Assembly: GCA_951406725.2 (NCBI GenBank)
Contig: OX597828.1
Span: 74,276,001-74,340,000, forward strand
Direction of reading: 5' to 3'
Source: Octopus vulgaris
Lineage: Eukaryota
DNA: 64,000 nucleotides
The notes beneath the pieces were generated by a model that saw only the letters and a list, made by a program, of their open reading frames with translations, had not been told where the DNA came from and ran no database searches. The position numbers were made by a program, and so were the translations under genes. Shown in pieces: positions 1 through 13,549 of this stretch (the stretch's first letter is position 1; every line of letters starts with the position of its first letter).

Positions 1-240
1 TCTTATTTCTTTGTCTTCGGGATTGTCCTTCCGACGGATTTCATTATAGAGTGTCCTAGCTACAACATCATCGGTAGATAATACCGTGATGGCATTTTAG
101 GACAACTGCTTATGATGTGGGTGACGTCTTCAGTGTGAACTCCACAAAGTCTGTATCGGTTGTCACATTTTACGGCTTTCCCCGCATCTCCATCCCTTTT
201 GTGCATCAGGTACTTTGTTGGACCAGCCAGGGGTGAAATT
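1..240 (-). mobile_element. Degenerate fragment of an RLE-type (R2/R4-like) non-LTR retrotransposon, zinc-knuckle region
   Basis: Minus strand reads PTKYLMHKRD...YRLCGVHTEDVTHIISSCPKMPSRYYLP, then after a frameshift DVVARTLYNEIRRKDNPE. This is the CCHC knuckle plus RHD-type segment that precedes the RLE domain. Confidence 0.75.
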
Positions 241-594
241 CAGACTTCACAGTCAATTTAAAAATATTAAATATATCTAAGCACTCTACTCAACGTATTG
301 AGTTCTATATTAGATAGTATTTGAAACCACGTAAAAATATAGTTTTAATGTTCTTTTTTATATTTCAATATAAATTTGTTTTACAACTGTTACATTACTG
401 TATGCGTATTAGTGTGTGCGTGTGTGCGTGTGTGTGTGTGTGTGTACGTGTATATGTTTATGTGTGTTTGTGTGTCTATACATGTATATGTGCTTATGCA
501 TGTGTATATTTGTACATATGTATGTGTTTTTGTCGGTACCTGCATATACGTGTTTGTGTGTGTATGAGTATATGTACATGTGTCTGTGCATGTA

Positions 595-627
<33 letters not shown>

Positions 628-805
628 GTAAATGCTTGTATGTGCGCCCGAGTATATGTCTATATGTGTATATATGCATATGTGCGTGTACGTACATAAG
701 TATTTGCGTGTTTCTGCATATGTGTGTGTTGTATCTACGTACGAGCGTGTACCTATATATATGTGTGTGTATGTGCGTGAGTGTGTGTGTGTGTGTATTT
801 GTGTA

Positions 806-847
<42 letters not shown>

Positions 848-925
848 TGAATATGATGTATTGCGATGTGATTGTTTTCACACTTTTTATGAAAATTCGT
901 GATTATATTGATATTATTATTATCA

Positions 926-983
<58 letters not shown>

Positions 984-1313
984 CATCATCTTTGTTGTTG
1001 TTATGACTGTTATTGTTGTTGCCGAATAACAGTGTTTGTTTCTTTAATGTTTGTGTCAACAGGAACCATAAAACAAACAACAGGAATTAAATAGTATCAT
1101 TGTTGTTGTTGTCATTATTATATTATTATCATTATTATTATTACTGTTGTTGTTGTTATGTAATGTTTAAGGTTTCAGACTTTATGAGATTTTGTTGGGT
1201 TTTTTATTTATTTTGTCTCGTTTTTCTTCACATTTGTCTCTACAGGGTATTTTATTAATTCGATACTTTACTCTCATATAACTGTCTGTGTGTCTGTGCG
1301 CGCGCGTGCATGA

Positions 1314-1399
<86 letters not shown>

Positions 1400-1430
1400 G
1401 TATGTATATATATATGTATATATATATATA

Positions 1431-2210
1431 ACATAAGGGGGATCAGCCATCTGAATGTGGCTAGGGTTAGGGCGGGGTGGTGGGGGTGTTACTGATGCAT
1501 TTAGCCCCAGGCGATCATCAACGTCACCAGAAGGGCCGACACCATCTCGGTGTCCTTGCCAGCCTGCAAAGGGAGATCAGCCTTGTTATAGAGCAGTTAC
1601 TGTTTATATCTCGCTCAGAGATTTATTATTGTTTTCGAACGGATTTTCTAGCGCCAGTGACTGTGGTTACTGTGAAAATCCCTCTATATCCAGCCTGGAT
1701 AGAGGATTTTCCTAACGAAGAACGGATGTAGACCATGCGTTGACAAGAGGCAATAACCTCGAAACCGGTCGAGTATGTAGTATCCGCTCTTAACATAAGG
1801 GAGGCTCACCTCTGAATGTGGCAGGGTTGGGCAAGGACACCGAGATGGTGTCGGCCCTTCTGGTGACGTCGATGATCGCCCAGGGCTAAATGCATCAGAA
1901 ACACCCACACCATCTCGGTGTCCTTGCCAGCCTGCAAAGGGAGATCAGCCTTGTTATAGAGCAGTTACTGTTTATATCTCGCTCAGAGATTTATTATTGT
2001 TTTCGAACGGATTTTCTACGCCAGTGACTGTGGTTACTGTGAAAATCCCTATATATCCAGCCTGTATATATCGTTGAGGAAATATATATATATCCCTTCA
2101 GTAGGCACCGAGATTGTCGGCCCTCTGTGACGTATATCGCCGGGCTAAATATCAGCACACGTATTCAGATGGCTGATCCCCTTATGTATAGTATGTTTAT
2201 ATCTCGCTCA
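1431..2210 (+). mobile_element. Penelope-like pLTR-type composite insert (direct and inverted segments) in (TA)n, with a decayed hammerhead at 1734-1777
   Basis: 1537-1700 is repeated at 1907-2065; 1487-1561 is inverted at 1829-1906; motif TTGACAA-gagg..cctc-GAAACCGGTC; (TA)n on both flanks. Confidence 0.55.
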
Positions 2211-2212
2211 TG

Positions 2213-2372
<160 letters not shown>

Positions 2373-2542
2373 TGTATGGACGTATATACGTATATCAATA
2401 TATAATGATTATATATATACGTATGTGTATCTGAATATATATATCTATATAGATAGGTAGACGGGCAGGTGGGCAGAGTGACACACAGACATAAGCAGAC
2501 AGACAGAGACATGGACAGACTGACAGACAGACAGATTGAGAA

Positions 2543-2610
<68 letters not shown>

Positions 2611-2647
2611 GTACGAACGTACATATGAATATATAACGTACTGTATG

Positions 2648-2714
<67 letters not shown>

Positions 2715-3286
2715 GTCACGCCCGTAAATGTTATATTCATGTGACGTGTGCATAAGTGTTGAAACGACTGGAAAATATTTTCTGCATATTAATTATATAT
2801 CAAAACAGGAGATTGGGGAAATGGATGATATTATTTATTCACCATTACACATGTCGTAACTCCTATTAGCAAATGAAACATGTGTAATGGTGAATTAATA
2901 ATGTCAACCATTTCCCCAATCTCCTGTTTTGATGTCTGAAGTTAGATAGCTTTTGTCATGCAAACAAAATATATTTGTAAATCAACAACGAAGTCGCATT
3001 TTAAAACTTTAAACATCAGACCAGGGTGTTTGTTGCTTACTGGACATGCTATTACGGCAGTGAGAGAGAGAGACAGAGTGACAGAGAGACAGAGAGAAAA
3101 GAAAGGGGAAGGGGAAGGGAGAGAGAAACTAAAGGAGAGAGAAAGGAAGGAAGAGAGAGAAAGGGAGAGAGAGAGAGACGATGGGGGAGAGAGACGAAGA
3201 GAGAGAGAGAGACAAAGAAAAAGAGAGAGAGAGATAAAAAACAAGAGAGAGAGATAAAGAAAAAAGAAAGAATGACAAAGAAAGAG

Positions 3287-3319
<33 letters not shown>

Positions 3320-3675
3320 CAAAGAAAGAGAGAGAAAGAGAAAGAAAGAGAGAGAATCTATGTACTTCATGAAAAGAATCCCTTTTTTTTAATCTTAAAG
3401 TTGGTGTTTTTGTTTTCTTTTTCTCTCGTTAGAAAGAAAGAGAAGAGATCTTTCATTATTACCAGAATATCCGTATATGATCCCGTTCCGGCTTTATTAA
3501 ACCTTATCAGCACAGCTTAATCCAAGTTTCTTTTGTTTCGCTTTTCTTATCTCTTTAATCCACCAAAAAGTCTTTTAAGAGGTGAAATCAATCAGTATCG
3601 ATATTTTTCTGTTCTTCTATTCACATAGAATGACAGAGAGAGACCGTTTTCATTTTTGCTTTTCTTTTTATCGTA

Positions 3676-3898
3676 TTCTTTTATTCTTTTATTTGTTTGG
3701 GTTATTTGATTGCGGCCATACTGGAGCACCGCCTTTAGTCGAACCAATCGATCCCAAGACTTATTCTTTGTAAGCCTAGTACTTATTCTATCGCTCACTT
3801 TTTGCCAAACCGCTAAGTTAATGGGACATAAACGTAGCAACATCGGTTGTCAAGCGATGGTGAAGGGACAAACACACAAACACACACGTATATATATA

Positions 3899-3946
<48 letters not shown>

Positions 3947-3959
3947 CATACATATATAC

Positions 3960-4045
<86 letters not shown>

Positions 4046-4173
4046 CGGGCTTCTTTCAGTTACCAAATCCACTCACAAGGCTTTGGTTGGCCCGGGGCTG
4101 TAGTAGAAGACACTTGCCCAAGGTGCTATGTAGTTGGCAAGCAAACTACTTACCACACAGCCACTCCTGCGCC
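3676..4173 (-). mobile_element. tRNA-derived SINE family A (internal (TA/CA)n microsatellite)
   Basis: Head ggcgcaggagtggctgtgtggtaag, CORE-like accttgggcaagtg and tail ...tgaaacaagtaaaaga (family consensus). Related copies at about 11589, 12058, 17871, 21055, 22852, 27701, 28297, 38615, 40608 and 62375. Confidence 0.8.
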
Positions 4174-4809
4174 GAGTGATTCTGATATAAAACTAGCAAT
4201 TTAGTGTCCGTGTGACTTCTGTAATGTCGAAACCTTAATCTGAAATGGACGACCACAGGATGTCCAATGTTTCCAGGAGGATATATTCTTATATGGATAG
4301 AAATCAACAATATCAAAGAGCATGAATCTGCACGGCTTTTTTTGTTCTCGACATCACGGAAGGAATTGGTAACGGTGCCAGCGCAGTTCGGTGGGACTAA
4401 TGCAGGAAGCTTTCTGTTATCAGAATTGAAGTCGGTGAGGATAGCGTACTTACTACGCCTATCTTTCAATTTTAGAAAGATTGATAAATGTATATTTAGA
4501 GTTGGGGAAAAAATTATACTTCTGATCATTAAGAGTGAAATAGGTGCTGCATGGCGATGTAATTTACGTGTTGTTCTATCGTTGACAGGCTGGCGAGATC
4601 TTTCGCTTCAATGTTTACGTCGATGTACGTTGCAGAACTCCAGTAGTCGGTGCAACCTTTGGCAGTCATCACGTGATCTAAACTAGCTTATAGTTGTACA
4701 CACCATTCAGTGACAATTTTTATTTAGAAACCATGCTTGCCTCACCAGTTAACATCAATGCATTCGAACGATCAGACGTGCTTTTTAGCGACTGTGAACA
4801 CGAAATATT

Positions 4810-5203
4810 CTTTTCTACTCTAAGCACAAGGCCCGAAATTTGGGGGGAGGGGCCAGTCGATTAGATCGACCCCAGTACGTAACTGGTATTTAATTTATCG
4901 ACCCCGAAAGGATGAAAGCAAAGTCGACCTCGGCGGAATTTGAACTCAGGGCGTAAAGACAGACGAAATACCTATTTCTTTATTACCCACAAGGGGCTAA
5001 ACACAAACAGGACAAACAAGGACAGACAAACGGATTAAGTCGATTACATTGACCCCAGTGCGTAACTGGTACTTAATTTATCGACCCCAAAAGGATGAAA
5101 GGCAAAGTGGACCTAGACGGAATTTGAACTCAGAATGTAACGGCAGACGAAATACATAAGCATTTTGCCTGATGTTCTAACGATTCTGCCAGCTCGCCGC
5201 CTT
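4810..5203 (-). mobile_element. SINE family B (ggcggcgagctggcagaa...gtagaaaagaat) with internal duplication and 17-bp TSD
   Basis: TSD TGTGAACACGAAATATT at 4793-4809 and 5204-5220; B-box gagttcaaattcc. Many copies in the window (8330, 8575, 8775, 8938, 9800, 10055, 10430, 12968, 19188, 20237, 25450, 33302, 35374, 43238, 43499, 55222, 58770, 59825). Confidence 0.85.
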
Positions 5204-5795
5204 TGTGAACACGAAATATTAACATATACAACTTGTTTCAGTCATTAGATCGCGGCCCTGCTGGGGCACCACCTTGAAGTGTTTTTAGTGGAATTAATCT
5301 AACCCTTTACTTAATATTTTTCAAAGCCTGGTACTTATTCGCCGAACTGCTAAGTTACGGGGACATAAACACACCAACACCGGTTGTCAAGCGGTGGTGG
5401 GCAGAAAAGATATGTATGAGCGAGTGTATAACTTTCAATGTGAATGTATTTTGATATGAATGTATTTGTGTGTATGAGTGTGTATATATAAGAGAGAAAA
5501 GGAAAAAGAGAGAGTTTACCTATAATACAGTGAAATCATAAAAAGACAATCAAGAAAATAGCTTATTGATATTTCATTAAAACCATAAAAGTCAATGATT
5601 TTAATTCACCTCAGATTTTTTGAATGTTCAATAAAAAGTGAATTAAATTTTAAAATAAATGTCTATACTCTTGTTTGTGTGTGTGTGTGCGTGTGATTAT
5701 TTCTTGTTTTTTTTTTTGTAGTTGTTATTGGATGCCAGATCATCTTTGAATCGAGAAGCCTATAATCAAAGTAAATCCAACCATGACCATCCTCT

Positions 5796-6762
5796 TGTAG
5801 CAATATTGTTTTCTTCATTGCTATCTTCACCGTTTGAGAGAAATATTAAGAATGATCTCGTTTGAGATTACAAACATCTTTGGCTCGTTTAACCTTGTTG
5901 TGTCCACTGATCTGATTGGTTAGCATCTAAGCGCGGTCTGTCTCTCTACTTATTTCGCGCCACTGGCCAAAGCCAACCAATCACGGCCTTTGGTTAAGAT
6001 CCCATTTCTGAGGCTCGTTTGAGCCACCCAACCTGTATATAAGGGAGTGTTCTCAGACACTTTCGTCTTTGGTTCCAGTCCTTATAAGGGCTAACCTCTG
6101 ACCACAGAGCTACTCAACATGTTCCAGTCACAGCGACAGACGATCAGCCACGACGATGCTAATGTACACCCGCAACAGAAAACCAATTTCTATCTCCGCC
6201 GCCGTCGTCACCATCATTGTACCAACTTCAAGTCGCCATCTACGAAGATTCAACTTGTTCACGACAAGATAAATACAGATTCAACTCATGCTGTTAGTGT
6301 GAAAATCTCACCACGGAAAAACAGTTGCAGTATATATATCTGAAAGAATATCTATATCAAGAGAAAGATAATCACAAATGATTCAACTAATCTCAGCTCC
6401 GAGACACATCTTGATATTGAACGCTTACACTTCGTGTACCTCATGAACAGTAAATCAATTTCCATCATTAACTCTATGCTCTGTACCTTCTATGCCACAC
6501 GCATTCACCCTTATTGTATCTGTCACACACAGGAACACACAGACACGAAAACGTGTTGCATGCACACACACACGCACTTGCTAGCACTCACAACCTTCTA
6601 ACCTTAACACCCATTGTAAATAAAATAATATCTATCTCTCAAACAGTGGAACGGCTTGTCGTCAATTCATCTATATTCTTTTGGCACTGCATGTATAAAT
6701 TTGTACTAATGGTTTATCTACATTCGTTAGGAATGCGACCACGTGCGATTGTAGTTCCTACA
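5796..6762 (+). mobile_element. Probable solo LTR
   Basis: Starts TGTAGCAA and ends TTCCTACA (short TIR), flanked by ctct/ctat (4-bp TSD with one mismatch). Internal CCAAT (~5977), TATATAAG (~6035) and AATAAA (~6619) occur in LTR order. Confidence 0.5.
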
Positions 6763-6991
6763 CTATCTATACAAGATTAACGATCAGCTACATTAATAAT
6801 ATATCCTGTCCTTTCACAAAACATTCACATTAAAAAATACTTACAAAAACCTGCGTATGCGACTAAATTGTAAAATTGTTTCTGATGAATTTCTTCTTGC
6901 CAAAAGCGCCATCAAAACCGTTCACGTTAGCATCAACTTCAGTAGAAAGGTCACTTTTGGAAAGTCTCTCTTACTGTAGAGTATTCTTGTT

Positions 6992-7569
6992 TATTGGGTT
7001 GGTGCATAATTATTGCGGGTTTTTTTCAGCAAATTTTATTCAACAAAAACAATAACATCATGTAACAAAAACATCTTTAAATGATTATTCCGGAGCATAT
7101 TTCCCATCTATGGGGGCGCAATAGCCCAGTGGTTAAGGCAGCGGACTCGCGGTCGGAGCATCGCGGTTTCGATTCCCAGACCGGGCGTTGTGTGTGTTTA
7201 TTGAGCGAAAACACCTAGAAGCTCCACGGCAGGGGGTGGTGGCGACCCCTGTTGTACTCTTTCGCCCCAACTTTCTCTCACTCTTTCTTCCTGTTTCTTG
7301 AGTAACACTGCGATGGACTGGCGTCCCGTCCAGCTGGGAGGAACACATACGCCACAGAAACCGGGAAACCGGGCCCATGAGCCTGGCTAGGCTTGAAAAG
7401 GGCGCATAAATAAATAAAATATTCACCATCTACTTCAATTACTGCTTCCCGTTTGCTTGGCAGACGGTCAGACCGCCATTTAAAGATGTTTTTTCTTACA
7501 TGTTGTTATTGTTTTTGTTGAATAAAATTTGTTGAAAAAAAGCCGCAATAATTAGGCACCAACCCAATA
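6992..7569. mobile_element. Mariner-derived MITE interrupted by a SINE
   Basis: TIRs TTGGGTTGGTGCATAATTATTGCGG / CCGCAATAATTAGGCACCAACCCAA, TA flanks, minus-strand remnant LPSKREAVIEVDGEY of a mariner C-terminus. Confidence 0.85.
7112..7420 (+). mobile_element. tRNA-derived SINE (family C head 1) with V-domain-like body and TSD
   Basis: A-box tagcccagtgg, B-box gtttcgattcc, body ctgcgatggactggcgtcccgtccag; flanked by atttcccatcta/attcaccatcta. Confidence 0.8.
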
Positions 7570-9182
7570 AATAATACTGTACAGTAAGTGGGAGAGACTT
7601 TCCAAAAGTGACGTTTCTACTGAAGTTGATGCTAAACCAATATTTATTAAACAAATCTATTTTTGGTAGCAGCGTCAAAGTTTTTGTTTTGTTTTGTTTG
7701 TTTGTATCACTCACCATCGCGTTATTCCAAACAGTTCTTCAGACTGTCTTTGAGGTTTTTTTCACTTGAGGTTTACGGAAAACCCTTAAACATCTCTAAA
7801 CGATGAGATTGTTTCTAATGAATTTCTGATTGCCAAAAGCGCCATCAAAACCATTCTCGTTGGCATCAACGTCCACAGAAACATCGCTTTCGGAAAATCT
7901 GTCCAGTTCTATATTTCTATTTTTTGCTTTTTTTTTCTTCATTTTTTACTTGTTTCAGTCATTTGACAGCGGCCATGTCGGAGCACCGCCATAAAAAATT
8001 ATCTGTCAATATATTTATTTTTTGTATCAATGTCAAAATTTTTTTTAATTTTAATTTTTATTATTTTTCTTTTTTTTTTACCAAAGATGGTTCCATTATG
8101 ACTCACCAACATTTCGTTATTCCAAAAAATTTCCCAAACCGTTTTGGTGGAAAAGCCTGAAATAAATTCTCATCCATCTACTTAATGGTTTCAACATAAC
8201 ACGACACAGAATTTTTTTTAAAAAAAACTTTTTTTAATGATCAAAATGTAATCCAAACACAGGAGTGATATGTTAAACGTCTTGCCATGTCAAGAAACAA
8301 CAACAGCAACAACAACAATAATAATAATAATCCTTTCTACTAAAGGTACAAAGCCTGGAATTTGTAGGGAGAGGACGAGTCGATTACATTGAAACCAGTA
8401 TGCAACTGGTACTTAATTTATCAACCCTGAGAGGATGAATAGTAAAGTCGACTTCGGCGGAATTTGAACTCAGAACGCATGGACAGAGACTATACCGCTA
8501 AGCATTTCGCCCAGCATGTTAATGATACTGCCAACTCGCTGCCTTTAATAATAATAAGAAGAAGAAGAAAATTTGTTACAAGGGCAGCGATTTTGGTGGA
8601 GGAGATGAGTCGATTACATTGACACCAGTACGTAACTGGTACTGCTTTCATCGGCCCCGAACAGATGAAAGGCAAAGTCGACTTTGGTGGAATTTGAACT
8701 CAGAACGTAGTGACAAGCGAAATACCGCTCTGCACTTTGACTGCAATAATAATAATAATAATAATGATAATCAAGGGAGTGAGCTGAAATCAAATTTCGC
8801 CGAGGTCGAATTTCCTTTTTATCCTTTCAGGATCGATAAGTTATCAGTTGTGTACTGAGGTTGATCTAATCGATTTCCCCCTCCCCCAAAATTTCAGGCC
8901 TTGTGCTTATAGTAGAAAGGATTATTACAATTATTAGTGAGTTCAAATTCCGCCGAGGTCGACTTTGCCTTTCATCCTTCGGGGTCGATAAATAAAGTAC
9001 CAGTGAAACACTGGGGGGGGGGGCGATGTAATCAACTAGTCCCCTCCCCCAAAATTCCAGGCCTTTAATAGAAAGGATTGTTATTATTGCAACAAACACA
9101 TTTGTGCATTTCCAAAGGGCCATGATTATTCATATTTTTTTATTAGCCTCAAGTCAACAAAAAGGAGACATTACAAATACAC

Positions 9183-9219
<37 letters not shown>

Positions 9220-9321
9220 TTCTCACAAACTGGATGGTAGGAGGCACTGTTACACTTAAGAATTTGACAAACCTCCTACCACTACTACTTTCATCTCCTT
9301 TGGAACAAGTTTCATACGGAA

Positions 9322-9640
9322 GGTGAAGGCACGTGGCTAACTGGTTACGGTATTCAGCTCACAATCGTAAAGTCGTGAGTTCGATTCCTGGTGTCACACT
9401 GTGTCCTTGAGCAAGACTCTTTATTTCATATTGTTCCAGTTCACTCAGCTGGCAAAAATGAGTTATACCTGTAATTCACAAGGGGCCAGCCTTGTTGTAT
9501 TTTGTGACATGGTGAATCTCTTTGAGAACTATGTGAAGGGTGCATGTGTCAATGGAATACTCAGCCACTCGCACATTGATTTTTCAGGCAGGCTGTTCCA
9601 TTGATCGGATCGACTGGAATCCTCATCATCATCACCAACA
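9322..9640 (+). mobile_element. tRNA-derived SINE (family C head 2)
   Basis: A/B boxes, gtgtccttgagcaagac segment. Homologous copies at 47368-47682(-) and 55640-55960(-); same head at 29970-30308(-), 34990-35256(-), 39087-39420(-) and 54250-54578(-). Confidence 0.78.
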
Positions 9641-9714
9641 ATGTGTCAGTTTTATACAGAATGTATATCATAGACAAACATTTATATTCAAATGTAAAAA
9701 AAATAACAACAATA

Positions 9715-9766
<52 letters not shown>

Positions 9767-10011
9767 GCAATAATAATAATGATGATGATGATGATGGCTT
9801 CAATTTTTGTCAAAAGGGCAACAATTTAAGGTGGGGAGGGAGGAGTTGATTACATCGACCCCAGTTTTCAACTGATACTTATTTTTATCGATCCCAAAAG
9901 GAAGAAAGACAAAGTCGAGCTTGACAGAATTTGAACTCAGAATGGAGTGAAGGGCAAAATACCACAAAGCATTTCGTCCAGCATGCTAACAATTCTGCCA
10001 GTTCACTGCCT

Positions 10012-10056
<45 letters not shown>

Positions 10057-11340
10057 CCTTTCTATTATAGGAACAAGGCCTGAAATTGGGGGGACGGGGA
10101 TAGTCGATTACATCAACCCCAATACTCAACTGGTACTTAATTAATCGACCCCAAAAGGATTAAAGGTAAAGTCGACCTTGGTGGAATTTGAACTCAAGAC
10201 ATAGTGACAGGCGAAATGCCACTAAGCATTTCATCCAGTGTGCTAACGATTCTGTCAGTTTGCCACCTTATGTAATAAAAATAAATTATTATAGACAGTT
10301 ACACAAACACACACAAATAAATAAAAGTTCTTACACTAAAAAAGAAAACAGACGGTAGTGCCCCAGCATGGCCACAACTGAATGTCTCTGCATCTTTGGA
10401 AAGAGAATTAAAATTCAACAAATATTGGTCTTAAATTTTGGCACAAGGCCAGCAGTTTTGAGGGTGGGGGTGCTCAACTGGTACTTATTTTATTGGCCCC
10501 AGGAGGATGAAGAGCAAAGTCAGCCTCGGCAGAATTTGAACTCAGAATGCAAAGACAGAAGAAATGCCATCAAGAATTTTGTCTGGTGTACTAACCATTC
10601 TGCCAGCTTGATACCATGGATTCAACAAATATTAAACACCTGGCGAGATTTGGAGTAAAAGTTAATTATAACGAACCTAGTATGAGCCAAAGGTAGAGAA
10701 TGTACATGGTTGGTGTACCTTGCAGAAATAACAGCCAAATATCCTGCCAACATGGCAAAAGGGAAGAATACATTGAATTACGTAATCCTGTCAGAAACAG
10801 AACAAAAAAAAGAAATATCCTTGGGTGTATTATGTCTAAAAGTAAGACATGGAGGCCACAGATGGAGTGTCTTTCATTATAGGTTCTGTTTGATCAGGGT
10901 TGAATTGGTGGAGCAACAACAAGGATGACAATTAAATAGAGATTCATCAATCGAGTAACCACTTATCAATCAGATTCATCAATCAAATAATCATTTATCA
11001 ATCAGATTCATAATCAATTTAAGTGATATTAATCAGATAAAAATTTATTTCTTGGGAAGGAGTTAAGTGGGAGCTGGAGGGAGGGTGGTGTTTCAGTGCA
11101 TTACACCAACCCCAGTAGGTAACTGGTATATATTTTACCTGATTGTAGAAAACAAAAAATATTAAGTTGATCCCATAACATAGAGGAATGTAAGAAAATA
11201 TTAAGAGGCACCCTGGCCGAATGTTCTGTGTTCTGAATCAAAGTAGCTGACAAAGAGCTATTCACCAACATCAATAATCATGTCAAGAGGAGGAAGATGG
11301 CCAGAAATTTAGTGGAAATGGATAATGGATAGAGACTACT

Positions 11341-11994
11341 TTAACCCTTCAGCATTCACATAATTCTGTTAAAAGTAAGGATTATTTATTCACATTGTTT
11401 TGAATTAACACGTTAACTACCACAGCCTATAACTGGAACTCACCAGTAATGCTTCGTATTTCGTGCATTATTGCTCTCTGCGCAATATTACAGTATTTCA
11501 TAATTAAACTTCAATGTTTAGCACCCGTGATATTTAATATTTAATATTTAGCATTTGTGTTATTTGAATATCCTTGAAACCATGTCATAGACGCAGGTAT
11601 GGCTGTGTGATAAGATGCTTGCTTCCCAACCACATGGTTCCAGGTTCAATTCCACTACATGGTACGTTGGGCAAGTGTCTTTCAATATAGCCTCAGGCTG
11701 ACTTGTGAGTGGATTTGGTAGACAGAAACTGAAAGAAGCCCTGTCGTGTGTGTGTGTGTGTTTGTATGTATGTATGAATGTATGTATGTATGTATATACA
11801 TACATACATATCTGCAGTAAATCATAAATCCAAGGGAGAAGCACACTCTAAGAGGGGGACAAAGGCCAACAGGTTTTAGAGTCTGAAGAAATGGTGTAAA
11901 GCTAAGCACTTTATGAATGTGAGACCCATGGCAACCCCATAGACCAGCCATATCTATCTTTATCTATATATGTTTATATATATATATGTGTGTG

Positions 11995-12031
<37 letters not shown>

Positions 12032-12465
12032 ATGTATATGTGTGTGTGTGTGTGTATAGGCACAGGCATGATGGCTGTCTGGTAAGAAGCTTGCTTCCCA
12101 ACAACATGGTTCTGGGTTCAGTCCCACTGCATAGCACCTTGGGCAAGTGTCTCCTGCTATAGCCTTTGGCTGACCAAAGCCTTGTGAGTCGATATGGTAC
12201 GTGGAAACTGAAAGAAGCCCATCACATATGTGTGTGTATGTGCATATGTCTTTGTGTCTGTGTTTGTCTAAAAGCCACCACTCCATCACCACGTGTGGTG
12301 GTTAACGTGTTAATCATACATTGTTCTGTAGCTTTTGAATTTTGATGAGGAAACAGTTAACTTTTAGATTAATATTGTAGGGTTGGTGTGAGAGTCCAGA
12401 TCTGGTCAGTATGAACAGTAGAATACTTTGGCCAGATATGGTCAGTTGAAATGCTAAAGGGTTAA
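11341..12465. mobile_element. piggyBac-like MITE with nested SINEs
   Basis: TTAA-CCCTTCAGCATT ... AATGCTAAAGGG-TTAA termini; related bodies at 18560-18740 and 58638-59030. Confidence 0.55.
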
Positions 12466-13549
12466 ATGACACTCAAGTACTTGACCGGTACTAATTAACA
12501 GTATGGGTGTAAACGGCAATGCTGGTTCTGGCATGATTTGAACTCAGGCCAGATATAAGCATAATAAAACACCACAAGACATATTGTCCACAGCTCCAAA
12601 ATTTCTGCCATACATTTATCTCTTTCACTTAACATCCATGTTTCTTGCTGACATGGGTCAGATGGTCAGACAGGAATTGATGAATTAAAAGAGTGCCTCA
12701 TGGTCCAGTGTCTGTTTTGGCATGTCTTCTACAGCTGGATGCCCTTCCTAATGCCAACCACTTTACAGAGTGGACTAGGTGTTTTTTACATGGCACCAAC
12801 ACTAGTGAGGTGTGCCTTGGCATGGTCTTTATGGCTGAATGCCCCACCTAATGCCAACCACTTTATAGAGTGGACTGGATGCTTTTTGCATGGAACTGAC
12901 ATAAGTGAATGCGTTCCAACTTGCAGGTATCCCCTATAACTAAGGGGAAAATTATCCAATGTAATAACCCTTTCTATTATAGGCAGAAAGCTTGAAATTT
13001 CTATCCAGGACAGTGAGCTCTGATAACCTCAACTCCAATGTTCAACTAGTAATTATTGTATCGACCCAAAATGAAGAAAGGCAAAGTCAACCACAATGGA
13101 ATTTGAACTCACGATTGTTAAGCCAGATAAAATGCCAAGAACCATTTTGTCTGGTGGTGTTAAAAATTCTGCCACTAATTATAAGGAAAATAAGATGAAA
13201 ACTGAAAAATATATGAAAAAATAAATTCCTTTTTGCCTCTTAAAATATTTAGCTTTACGTATTTTTCGATTCATATATATGTATATATATATATATATAT
13301 ATAGACAGGCAGACAGATAGATATATATATATATACATACATACATATATATATATATGCACACATATACATAAATTTGTATACATACATTTTATATATA
13401 TATATACAGCTAATTAGAGGAAGTTATATCCTCATGAGTGATTACATAATCCAAGGTGTTCAACTGGTTTAATCCCAAAAATATAATGTGAAAGTCATTG
13501 GCATAGGTTAGGGATTATTGAAATTATCAATATTGGGGGGGGGGAGCAA

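Noticed and set aside
7112-7190. tRNA genes at SINE heads (also 9322, 18271, 20497 and others)
   Set aside because: A/B boxes are present but there is no complete cloverleaf or acceptor stem, and each continues into a SINE body.
10621-10740. Alternative last exon for the POMGNT1-like gene
   Set aside because: No similarity to the GT13 C-terminus; 17131-17248 fits in phase and in sequence.
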